The position numbers were made by a program, and so were the translations under genes. Below are positions 13,137 through 24,639 of a stretch of DNA of 64,000 bases, in pieces. This DNA is from Isurus oxyrinchus. Lineage: Eukaryota. The notes beneath the pieces are model-generated. The model ran no database searches. It was not told the origin of the DNA and worked only from the letters and a program-made list of their open reading frames with translations. The stretch is from positions 124,001 through 188,000 of the forward strand of contig JANJGN010000792.1 of NCBI GenBank assembly GCA_026770705.1, in the 5' to 3' direction. Within the stretch, counting starts at the first letter, position 1. Each line of letters opens with the position of its first letter.

Positions 13137-15535
13137 CCATGTGGACATCAGTGACCTTATTGGTGCTGAGCACTCGGTAACCACGGCAGATCCAGCCGCA
13201 GCGACTCAAAGGTTGTGCCTGGTTTTCTGCATCGCACAGATGCTGAACAGGGTTGAGCCGCTGCTTGCCGTGAGCGACCAGAAGGATAGAGAGGAATGGG
13301 GGACGGGCCACGTAAAATGGGAGGACCAGTGAAGTTCTTGGGGAAAATTTGGAGACGAAGTTGCAAGTTTTGTTCTTTACTTTCTCCGACTGTAACATAG
13401 GGAAGGCCGCACTGAAGTTGAACGCATTTGACAGGGAAAAGGTATATTATTGAATAAGCCTGGGGTCATGTCAACCATCGTAGAGTGTATAACTGGCCAG
13501 AAAACTGTTTAACGAAATCACACTGCACAATTGTTTCTTCGACATGTCCGTTTAGACCTGAGTGTATACGTCAAAGTCGGCATTTTTATTTTATTATTTT
13601 TTAAAGATTCACATGTTTTATTTTTCAAACTGAGCCAAGACCTCGAAGGAATGTTTGCAAATTGTTTTGCTGTTTCCACATTAGGACATGATCATACTGA
13701 ACACCAACAACGAAATCAAATAAAGGCCCAGCCGCCACAAAAAGCCAAGATTACAGTCCATGCTTTAGAAATTGTTTAAATGTCACTTCAAAATCGTCTG
13801 GAGAAAACATAATGAATAACATTCCCCTGGAATCCGTCGTGCCAGCTGGGTGTCTGTGGGCATTACGGACACCTTTTTTGACATGGATGCAACAGGTTAG
13901 TCTCCTTAAACAGGCCAACCAAGTAGGCCTCACTGGCTTCCTGCAAAGCTCCAATTGCATCACTCTGAAACCTCCGGTCAGTTTCGAAGCCCTGGGCAAA
14001 TTCCCTCATCAGACGCTGGAAGTACAGTTTACGGATAACCAACTCTGTGGAATACTGGCATCGGTGGATTTCTTGGAGTGCAACTGTACCCGGCCTGTAG
14101 CAATGAGGTTTCTTCACTTTGTCAGTGGAGGGGGCACATTTCCAGGCTGCCTTGGTGGCCAGCTGCTTCTTGGGCGCTTTGCCACCAGAGAATTTATGGG
14201 CCACGTGTTTGGTATGAGCCATCTCCGTTAAAGGATGGACTTGTCTGCCTGCAATAGTGAACTCAGATCATGTTTTATGCTCTTGTCTGCGAGCGCTGCT
14301 AAAGCAATGATCATTGCACTGTTACTGAGGCAGATAATAAAAGCTGCGATAAGCGATGAACAAAGAATCCTTCCAGTCAATCATCTTCATTGTGAATTGA
14401 CTGATTTCTCAGGCATTCCAATGTCACTCTTACAGAGTTAAGGATCGAGTTGAAGATCCCCCCCCAGCACACTGCTAATATGCAGCTGAACGAGCGTACA
14501 GATGATGAATCAATTGAAGACCAAGGGCTGTGTGCAGCCTCCTGCTGCTTGACTACATGGCAATGGTTGTGGCTCATCACAGAAAAGAAAAATCAAATAC
14601 TGTCATTCGCCTGGGCCTAGTTTGGAGACTAGCCGGCTGCTGTGTGCAGGGATAGTGGACAAGATGGAGGATGAGGAGGAGGAGCTACAACTACCTTGCA
14701 TCAGGATTGTATCAACCTCCAGCAGTGGCACCGAGCGGCAGTCAGCTTTCCTGAAAATGGACAGTGTGCACAGTGACAGCTGAAAGGAGCCAGGTGAGAC
14801 AGCCAGAGAGTTGGTGGCAAGGGAACGTGAGGATTAGGCTTATCATTGCACCTTCAGTCAGAATGAAAACAGTCACACATGAGGCCAATGAGACACAGAG
14901 CCCCTCAGCAGCTGCATTCACAGCCACATATGGTTGAGCTTCATTTGGCAGCAGCTGAACCTACATGGGTTGGAAATGGACATGGATGGGCCAACATCAC
15001 AGATCCAACACCACTTTACCCATCTCCGTAAATACCAGGGGTGAGACACCCGGGTGTTTTTCGGTAGACATGCACACTCTGGCCTATGAGAGACTCTGGG
15101 TGAATTGGAAGGCCTAAGGTTGGAGAATGGTGTTCTGCGTGCAGAGAACAAGAGATTGCGGCTCAAATTTAACATTTGGACTAGGGCACAACACTACAGT
15201 GTGTGGTTGCTGTGTCCCTGAAACATTATGATGTGTTGTCTGAGACACCTGAACCGGTGTTGTGTGAATTTTGAATTCGCCACCCCTAAACCTGGTGCAG
15301 GTTCTGCAATTGGATGTCATGCAATGTATGTAGATCATCCCCGCCACCTCCGCATCCACCATCCATCTCATGCCTGCTGCATCTATAGCCTTTGGATTCC
15401 TCTGGTTAGGCAGAGAATGTAACCTGTGACTTTCATCTCCCCACTGAAACTGTGATTCCTGGAAAGCTGCAGTTCATGCCGTGCATTGTTGCTCTCTTAG
15501 GGGGCACTGACAGCAGGCCTGAAGATGAAAAGTGG
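13137..15535 (+). pseudogene. BEN-domain gene copy A (exon a 13137-13362; exon b 14436-15535; BEN exons absent)
   Basis: Acceptors tatcag|cc (13136) and ttacag|ag (14435), donor tgg|gtgagt (15535); RLCLVFCIAQMLNRVEPL..VKW, LEGLRLENGVLRAENKRLR and PGKLQFM..DSRPEDEKW; stops and frameshifts present. Confidence 0.7.
13583..14260 (-). pseudogene. Processed histone H3.3 pseudogene (CDS ~13812-14222)
   Basis: MAHTKH...[19 protein letters not shown]...[11 protein letters not shown]...[21 protein letters not shown]: Ser31 and an AAIG-type motif diagnose H3.3. Intronless; AATAAA on minus strand (13617-13622) and decayed A-tail (T-tract 13583-13602). Confidence 0.85.
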
Positions 15536-16509
15536 GTGAGTACTTGTGGAACTCTCTCTCCATTACATGAAATCAGATCTCACCGACAGGTCGCATTAAG
15601 CCCTCGCCCTCGACTTTCCTGTGAACATGCTCACAGGCAGTGGATCAGAGAGAACCCGTCTTATGCCAATTGGATAGCATCTCTCTTTCTCTGTCTTGCA
15701 ATACCAATGGATTAGTAATCTAATCAATCATGTGTAATCTAATCATCTAATCAATTCTAGCCAGAGTGAAATTCCAACAAACAGTTTCTACAACAAACAA
15801 TGGACTGGAGCTCATCAACAGCTCACCATACACATGTTTTCAACTCCCTTGTGCCACAGGCATCGACCTCAGATTTAATCATATTTGGAATACTGTAAGC
15901 AATATTCATGTACATAATTATAATAAGTAATTATTGATCGTATCAATATTGTAGAGTGTGTTCTCATAAATCTGACTCACCAAAACGAGAATAATTATCG
16001 TTCTGTGTAAAAACAATCAAGTATATATAAAAATGCAAACTGCTATTATGAAAATATATGGGAGAAGAGGAAGTAGTGGTAGCAATGTGGTGAGAGAGAG
16101 AGAGAGAGAGAGAGACAGAGTCATCCATTGGTGCCAGAGGACTGGAGGATTGCAAATGTTCCATCCATATTCAAAAAAGGGAAGAAAATCAACCTGCCTA
16201 TTACAAACCAGTCAGTGGCGGGAAAGCTTTGACAAACAAAAATCATGATATAAATACATTGAAATTAATAAATAAGATCGGAAGTCTGGTGATCGCCGAA
16301 ATTGGCAACTTTCCTGGAAATATGATGTGAGTATTACATGCGCAGGTCTCACTGTCGGCCGCAGGTTCTCATTGAGAAATGGAACCACGATACTCACAAG
16401 GAATTCTTCAGGATATAACTGTACTGAGCATGCGACAATTCAATTTGTATTGTTCAGTAATTCTGTCAATCTGTGAGTTATTAAGCATCATTAAGTCCAG
16501 CTAAAGGTA

Positions 16510-16714
16510 AAATATTGTGGATGCTGGAAATCTGAAACAAAAACAAAAAATGCTGGATAAACGCAGCACCTCTGACAGCATCTGTGGAGACAAAGGCAGA
16601 GTTCACGTTTCAGGTCCATATGACTCTATGGACTCGAAAAGTTAACTTTACCTTTTTCACTATAGCTACTGTCAGAGACGCTTAGTTTTGCCAGCATGTT
16701 CTGTTTTCGTTTCA
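16510..16714. repeat. Inverted pair of Penelope-like terminal repeat fragments
   Basis: Arms of ~90 bp (tgaaacaaaaac...ggtccata and tatggactcg...ttttcgtttca) are imperfect reverse complements. Confidence 0.7.
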
Positions 16715-16894
16715 TAAAACCCAGATTGGAATTGAGACATGGTGACTTCATTTAGAGAGCTTATCCTGCCATCCTTCTCTCTGGGATCACTGAAGGCACA
16801 CCCTGCAGCCCCACATTAGACCAACTCTTCGATTTCATTTGTTAAAGTGTGAAACTAACCCCAGGTTCCTTTACTTCGAACAATTTATGTTTAT

Positions 16895-16966
16895 TCCTCG
16901 TTACTATAGTGGTCAGTAACGCCGTCTGTCACGCGGGAGGTAGGGGTTGAACTCACCGACGGGGAG
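16895..16966 (+). pseudogene. tRNA-Asp(GTC) pseudogene
   Basis: 72 nt tcctcgttactatagtggtcagt...ctgtcacgcggg...gacggggag, collinear with vertebrate tRNA-Asp; B box and stems disrupted; T-run follows. Confidence 0.85.
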
Positions 16967-19169
16967 GCATTTTATTACAAATTAACACAAAGGAAGCACA
17001 CAAAATTTGAATCGGCTTTAGAATTGGAAATTGGTTGATATAAAGTAGACATTTCGTGCAAGTAAAGGAACAGCGGTTGTTTTCAGAGGTGTGTGAGTGT
17101 GAGAAACTGTATGGCAATAGTTGGACGACGTTCCTGTGTGTGTTTTAGCATAAAAAAACGGTTTTTTTTCACCTAAACTGGCTTGAATCGGAAAATCGGT
17201 GATTCGGTAGCTTCAACCAAGAGCAGTTTGCTGAAACAAGACACTATGAAAGCGAGAGGAACCGGCCATGCTGAATTTAGTAATGAGTAACGAGCCAGAA
17301 TTCATTAATAATCCAATGGCAAAAGTGCATCTTTAAAAGGGTGGCAGTAACATGACATAGTGACTTACATTCTAATTTCTGCTATCATTTTTCACGGATT
17401 TTAAAATTTACTTTCCCCCTTGTATTCTTGTTTCCGGACGTCAGCTATTTAATATCCTGCCAACTATCCTCCATCTTTTATTTATTTGCTCGTCCCATTA
17501 CCTCTCCCTGAGTAAAAACCATGATTCTGCAAATTTCAATTCTATTTTATGGTCACTGCACGGATCAGCAGCTCCTTGGCTCAGAGATTAATTTCTCTTT
17601 CTGTCTTTCATTGAGCAACATTTGAAAGATGCTGAACGTCATTCATATCCCTCGCTCTTGCCCCTCGCCAATCTTTCAGTTTTCTTCCTCTGTAACACTG
17701 TCTCTTGAACTCCCTCCTAACTGTCTTCAATTCCCGACACCAAACAACAACTCAGTCCCTACATTTATCCCATTGACTGTCCCTTTACCGAACTCCTTCC
17801 TCATGATTGCAGGGGGGATTTGATATTTTGTTTGTAGCGTTGAACGGATAAGATCGGCCGATAAACTACGGCTGCTGACTGGGAATCAAGGTCCCAGGTC
17901 ACAGTCAAAGAATTAAAGCCAGAGATTTTAACAGGGGAATTAGAAAATAATTCTACACACAAATGACGCTGGAGCTTCTGATTACGGTAATTAATGTTTA
18001 ACGCATTGCTTTATTTTAAATCTGAGATTCAAAGAGTTTTCTTTAAAAGTGGTCTTAAAGGAATATAAGAGAAAAATGTACATATGGAGGTAGTCACCAA
18101 ACAACCAGGATCTCAGAAAAACAGAACATGCTCCAGCGATTAAAGGCTCTCTGCAACAGCAAAGCTCTAGGAACTGCCCCTGGTCACTCAACAGGGTAGG
18201 ATAGATCCTTCAGGACTGAACACTCAGTTCAACAATTTTTGATCAGAACATCTGCTTCAACATTGTTTGGTCACGTTTCTTTCTTTATTCCTTCATGTTA
18301 CATTCGGACTTTTGCTAGGTGGCCATTCACAAACTTATATGGACACCTGTTTTTTTTGCTTTACTTCCTACAGTCATTATATATTTTTGTCACCATGAAA
18401 CCTTTCCCCATGCCCTATATCCTCATTGAAATGTTCTTATGTACATCCCACCTATTCCCACACTCCACTGCTTTAAGCCCTGTTATATTCACATCTTTCT
18501 TCCATTTTGATAAAATGTTATCGACCTGAACAGTTCCCATTTCATCTCCAGACAAGATCTATGAGCTGCTGAATGTTTCCAGAATGTTCTGTTTTTTTTT
18601 CTTTCGGTTTTCCAGTTTCTGTACTGCTTTCCTTTTCTATCTGAAGGCATTTTGGAAAAGATTTCCTGAATGGCATTCATATTCCTCTCTCTCGCTTATC
18701 GCCAATCATTCAACTTTGTTGATCTGCAACACGGTTTGCTTCTTGAACTCCCTACTCATGCTCCTCAATTCCAGACAGTAAAACAGAGCTCAGCCCCTGG
18801 AAGGCACTGACTGTCCCTGCCTCCCTCGTGATTCATGCACTGATTTGATCCAAGAATTCCGGATGCCAAGGGAAACATAACATCGGAGCCGGAACCTACT
18901 TCTGTTTCCTAGGAATCTCGGACTAAGGGCCACAGTCAAAAATCTAAAGCCAGAATGGAAATTGAGAAACAGTTCTACACAGAAAGAGTTTGGAACTTCA
19001 AAGCTCCCTTTGTACACGGAAACTAATGCTTGATCAATTGTTGCATTTTCAATCTGATATTCGTCGAGTTTTATTAAAGGGTAGGAGAGAATATGAGCCA
19101 AAGCCAAGCATATGCAGCTCTTCTCCAATCAAGCACAACGTCACAGAACGTGTTTTCGGGACTAAATGG

Positions 19170-19420
19170 CGGCAACAACAGCAAAATTCCAAGGAGAACA
19201 CCTCATCTTCCAACTGCAGCCTTCTGGCCTCAACATTGCGTTCAGCGAATTTAACCCTAACATCTGTCTCCATGTTGTTTCCAGTGGGTATTTTTTTTCT
19301 TCTGGCCAGTTTGGTTTGTCACGTTTCTATCTTTATTCCCCATGTTACCTTCGGGCGGTTGCTGTGCTGCTATTCACAACCTCATCTGGGCACATCTTTT
19401 CTTTCCTTATTATACTCACA
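19170..19420 (+). mobile_element. Penelope-like element 3' end (GIY-YIG C-terminus); homologues near 18150, 51410 and 52430
   Basis: GEHLIFQLQPSGLNIAFSEF; the copy at ~52440 reads KFEEQQINFELGSLQPSGLNVEFNKF*. Confidence 0.7.
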
Positions 19421-19980
19421 GAATCACAGAAACTCAGAAATGTTACAGCGTAGGAGGGGGTCATTCGACCCATTTTGTCTGTACCATCTCTCCGAATGAG
19501 TGATTCACCTTGTGCCATTCCCCGCCTTCTTCCCGGATGAACGTTCCTCCTTTCCAGATAACAGTCTAACTCTGGTTTGAATGTTTCTCTTGAACCTGCT
19601 CCGCCACACTCTGAGGTGTTGCATTCCAGACCTTAACCACTTCCTGCGATAAAGGTTCTTTTTTTTTTCTCGTGTCACTATTGCATTTTTTAAACAACTA
19701 CTTTAAATCTGCACCAGCTCCACCTTGATCCTTTCAGAAATGGGAACATTTTCTTCACATCCAATCTGTCCGGATCCCTCGTGATTTTCAATTCCCCCAT
19801 CAAGACTCCACTCAGCCTTTTTTTTTATCTCAGGAAAATAGTCCTAATTTTCCAATCAGAGATGAAACACTCTCGTGAATATTTTCTGCCCTCTTTCCAA
19901 CACCCTTCACATCTTCCCATCCTTTCTCAACAGCAGCGGCCAGAACCAGACGGGATGCACCAGCTGAGGCTGAACAAGTG
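19420..19980 (-). mobile_element. CR1 3' fragment (paralogous copy at ~52690-53240)
   Basis: CR1 3' end in reverse orientation; the 52971-53168 ORF reads FTRMFPRMRIFSCEDRLEKLG..LREDL. Confidence 0.7.
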
Positions 19981-20805
19981 CCTTCTACAAATCTTGTTTA
20001 TTTGATTCCAATGATAGCACCCTTTGGTTTTTGTGCCATGAAACTTCGGTTTCCTGTCCTCACAGAGAATCGCTTTCGAATTAACCCCATAACCAACGGG
20101 TCAGGTTTAAGCTCTGTAATCCTGTCACCTGCAGTCCTGAATGGTAGTGGTCAACTTAACACTGACTGGAGAAAGAGGCTCCACAAAGAAATGATGGCCT
20201 TACCAGCGATTCTCACATCCACAAAGCAATAAAAGAAAAAGTTGTCAATGTGTCCCAAGCGTTGCAGCAATCCTCCCCTGGGGTCCTGTGTCAGTCCCAG
20301 GAGAGCGTCCTGCAGTGTCCCAAAGCGCATCACCTACAGGTTGACAGATACCACACGGTCACCCTCTGTTTCAGTGAGATTCATGTCGAGAACAGTTTCC
20401 ATGTGGATTGAAAGTGGAGAACAAAATTCATTGAAATGCATTGTGGTTGATCGAGAAGTCTTTAAAGCCTTGGTTTTTGCCAGAATTACTTCTCAAATCC
20501 CTCGAGGTTTTCGGAGATTGATCCCTAATGATGCTCTTTATGAAATTGTGTGCGGCGTTCCAGATGGGATTTCCTGCAAAGCTTCTGCACTAACCCCAAA
20601 GCAGTTTTCATTCACGTAACCCAACAAACCCATTGGTTCATTTGGTTCAACTGAAGAGGGAGGTATACATAAAGACAACGGTGCACATTTGCTGCAAAGG
20701 AAATTTCGATCCTGTTGTGCTCATTTATATTCACACGTCATTCTAAACGCTCTCCACCTACTCAAAACTGCGCAGCGCTTTGCCTGATGAATTTGAAATA
20801 AGTAA

Positions 20806-20880
20806 AAGTGCCTTTGAGATTCGAACACAGGATCGCCTCCATTACTAGATCTAAGATATCACCCACTAACCAACGGCAAA
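20806..20880 (-). pseudogene. tRNA-Thr(AGT) pseudogene
   Basis: Reverse strand gccgttggttagtgggt...tctAGTaa...gatcctgtgttcgaatctc, collinear with vertebrate tRNA-Thr-AGT; stems degraded. Confidence 0.7.
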
Positions 20881-21798
20881 ATAATTCCAAGCAACACCAG
20901 GCAGCGATGTTTTGAAGCGCATTCCACTGTTTTGCAGCAAACTCATTGCGAATTGTTCACCTGCTACAGGGCTGTAAGGCAGTGTGAACTGAGAATTTTC
21001 AGGAATGGGGACTTGAGGTGGATATTCAATCAGGAGATCCTTGAATGTTTGAGAATCCGGAAACCCATGACACACCTGCCGCTGTTGTCATTTTCTTACA
21101 GACACCAGACACAGGAAACATGAGGAATATATTGACCTTGGAGTGGAAGCGGCATTGATTCACCAGTGGGATTCCAGAGTTCAGTAGTTTGCATTTAGAG
21201 GTCAAGTTTCATAATCCTAGATTCGAAGAATCATACATTGGGTACAGAAGAAGAGGAGTCATTTGGCCCATCCTTTCTGTGCTGGCCCACAATCAATCCC
21301 CCGCCTTTTCCCCGCTCCTTGCACGTTGTTTTTTTAATTTTCAGGGATTAACTGTTTTCTATTCTCTTGATTATTAAAGAATGAAGTGTGGTCTGATCCA
21401 GCATCTGTTTTTGTGTCAGATTTCCCGCATCTGCAGTAGTTTGGTTTTATCTTTGTGATTTGATCGAAGTTTCTAACCTGTTAAAATGAATTGTTAGGTT
21501 AAACACGGAGAAACCGTTCCCCCGGCGGCAGGAACCGGGCTGAATTTTAACATTTATTCCTGGCACAGGCCTAGAGCGATAGTGCCAAACAAGAGGAAAT
21601 CAAGGAGCACTTTCTACACTTGGAATATCTGGAAGAATTCTTAAAATTGACCGAGGCTGCCACAATTTCGAAGGGATAGATCTTTTCTTGCACATCAAGG
21701 AAACGTCTCCATTTCTTCAGTTCTCTTGAAAAATTCAGGTACCATTGTTGGTTTTTTTGCCGTTTCATGGGTAGCGAGCACCTTTTGTCAATTGGCAG

Positions 21799-21859
21799 CG
21801 GCTAGACAGGGACTTGAAACCTGGACCCTCAGATGCTCTACCGACTGAGCAACCCAGAC
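21799..21859 (-). pseudogene. tRNA-Lys(TTT-family) pseudogene lacking the anticodon loop
   Basis: Reverse strand gctcagtcggtagagcat|ctgagggtccaggtttcaagtccctgt matches tRNA-Lys-TTT with ~12 nt (cagacttttaat) deleted. Confidence 0.85.
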
Positions 21860-23202
21860 TTCACTCTGCCTTTCCCGATATTCATCTTCATTGTTTAACA
21901 AGAAACAAGTCAAACTTTTTATGTGTTTCCTTATTTGTGGATTCACCCGATACAGAGCATTTCCCTCACAGACAGACCGGCAGCCTCCATTTGGTGTCAT
22001 TTCACAAATCTTCTAAATTGCACCAACTACTCGCTCCTGACCAGTGGCGTGAGATGTGACAGCTGTTGATACCCAGGTATCTGCACTGGGCCTTTAAAGT
22101 TTTGAATAGTGCGAAGAATCCTGGAAGGTATAATTGTAGTGGGAAGCTAAAAAGACACGGAGATGGATTTCGCAGTTAGTTAAACAATTTCATGGGGTGT
22201 TTGTTGTGGGGAAAGTATGATACCATCGCACGGAAAACATCAAAGCTCATTCGGAACAACGTTCCAAATTGAGCGAATCACAAAGTGTGGTGTGTAAATA
22301 GACATGTCAGTCCAGGGCCTTTATCGAAGAAACTCCAGCACTTATCCTTTCCTGCTCTTTCCTGCCTAATGCGCTTTTGCATAAATCATTCAAACCTCGC
22401 TCACCGTTATCGCCGGCAATATTTCAAAATTATCCTTCTGCATGAACCTCCCGAGGAAACGATGGTCCGATTCGGCTTCATTATATAGGCGGTTAATTCT
22501 CAATGCTGTTCCTGAACGTCATTGGTTTAATTCAAAACCATGCACCGACAAAACGGATAAAGGGACGTCTAAGATTTGAACGCAGAATCTTATGTGTATT
22601 CAAAAGGCTTTTTAACCAACTAATTCACAACGCCAACTCCAACCCAAGATTTACAATACAAAGTTATGAATTTTATCCCACTGCTTTCCTGCAAACATTG
22701 TTGTTCATCTATTACGAGCTGTATGAAAGTGCAAAATGAGAACATTGATCTGCACCGCGCTTCCAAAGCTTTGAAGATTGCATTTATTTCGGTGAGATAT
22801 TACGTTGCTGAAATTCCAGTGAGAGGTACAAAGGGACAGGGATTGATTTCGCGAATGGGGAAACAATTTCATATTCTGTTTCTAGTGGGAAAGTGAGGTT
22901 CCGACAGGTGCGGGAGATGCTGCTTCTGAACTCCAGGTCAGATATCAGGCCCACACTCCATTAATTAAAGACCAGCCCCATCACTGGAATCAGATACAGC
23001 TCACAGATTACAGATCTGTCATCATGACCATGGATTGGTCAACTTGTGACTCCAGACACAGGGCTCTTAACTGTCCCCCTGAAATGGCCCAGCAAAGCAC
23101 TGGGTGTTTCTAAAATCACTCAGTTGTACAGAATATTTTGCGGGTGAGGAAATGTTGCTCTCAGCAATGACAGATCACGCCTGTTCCCTTTGTCCATTTG
23201 GT

Positions 23203-23334
23203 ACCTCCGAAATGAGCTGTTGTTACACTTGTTACTGAAGCCGTGTTTTAGACTCGCTCCTCGCGGATGCGGCGTCCAACTGGATGTCTTTGGGAAAGAT
23301 AGTGACTCGCTTGGCGTGGATAGTGCACAGGTTG
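23203..23334 (-). pseudogene. 3' fragment of a replication-dependent histone H3 gene with decayed stem-loop
   Basis: Reverse strand NLCTIHAKRVTIFPKDIQL/RRIREERV* (23248-23334), followed by caacagctcatttcggaggtacca (stem-loop relic 23203-23218). Confidence 0.8.
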
Positions 23335-24639
23335 TGCACAGGAGTACTATTCCTGTGCAGGGCTTTTCAAAAAAAAACTATCTTTGCAGTAAAGATTTGG
23401 AAATTATATAGGATGTCCTCTGATTCCGCCTCCGGCGATTCGCTCCCTCCACATAAAACTAGGAACTAAATGAAGCCATCCATCTGTTGATCCTGAGACC
23501 GCGGGGGTAACCGATAACAAGTCTTCACAAGGCATAAGCCCTTTTGTGGGATGGTTTTAGTGCTGAATACTGCAATGAAGTATCAATGTGGAGTTATGTA
23601 AGTAACTCCATTATTTTATTGACTGCCAAAAATGTTCAATTTATAGAACAATCCAATGTTTCCTTAAACGGACTTTTACATATAAAAATATGCCGTCCCT
23701 GCGAGCTACTTGGGATGGCCTCATCTGCACAGTTATGGTGCAAGGAGAGATTGAACCTCATGTCAGGGGCGATGGCAATGGAACTTAAGCCGGGAGCATG
23801 ATGGACGCCTGCTTTGGTAGTTCAGGATAGTAACATATGTAACCACCGCCTGGGAGAGCCGGGATGATGCTCCATTTTACTCAGCATCTCAGCATAGGAC
23901 AGTCAGCTCACCCCGGGGACCTATCAGTGAACATTCTGTGTGCCACCTCTAATGAAATTGTATCCTTCCTTAAATATGGAGACCACAACTGCAAACAATA
24001 TTAAGGTTATGGTGTCACCAAATCCCTGGGCTATTTTTGCAAGACTTATTTCTTCTTGTACTCCAAATCCCCTTGTAATACAGGATAAAATGCAATTTGT
24101 CTATGTGAGGTCATGAATGGCTGCATAGTAGCCGCCCGAAGACAATATGAAAGAATAATTAAATAAACGGGACCAAACCAAGCCAGCAAAGGGAATAAAA
24201 ATAGTAAACAAGATGGAGGCGAATATTATATTCTAAAATTGATGAACACAGTTTTGAGTTCAGGAGGCTGCAGAGTGCTGAGCCGAAAGATGATCCACTT
24301 TTCCTCAATCTTGCTGTTGGTAAGGCGATTTAGTCAGTAGATTCTGTTCGGTTATTCAGAGATATCGTGGTCAATTGGGAACCAAGTTGCTTTTGCACAT
24401 TAATGATTGTTTTTTGCAATAAAACGCTATCGATCACAGATTTATATTAAAACCACCAGTTACCATGTACAGAAGGGAGCTCTGAACTTACAGCACCCTT
24501 GGTGTGTGGGGTTGTTTCCTAATTTCAATGTTGAAATCTAATTTTTTTTTAACTGTCACCCATAGTCCCAGATTCCAAGCGAACGGAAAGAGTTTCTTCA
24601 ACTGACTATATCTGTACAGTGATAGTGGTGAACGAGTAC

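Larger units (their letters stand above)
12840..22280. repeat. Segmental repeat unit, copy A
   Basis: Collinear similarity with ~47600-54650 and ~58600-64000 (BEN-gene exons, tRNA-Asp and tRNA-Thr flanks, shared repeat fragments). Confidence 0.85.

Noticed and set aside
13812-14222. Replication-dependent cluster H3 gene
   Set aside because: H3.3-diagnostic residues, AATAAA and A-tail and no convincing stem-loop indicate a retrocopy.
16330-16435. NRF1-like motifs (catgcgca, actgagcatgcg) upstream of tRNA-Asp
   Set aside because: Short motifs, not preserved in the paralogous segments near 50440 and 63250.
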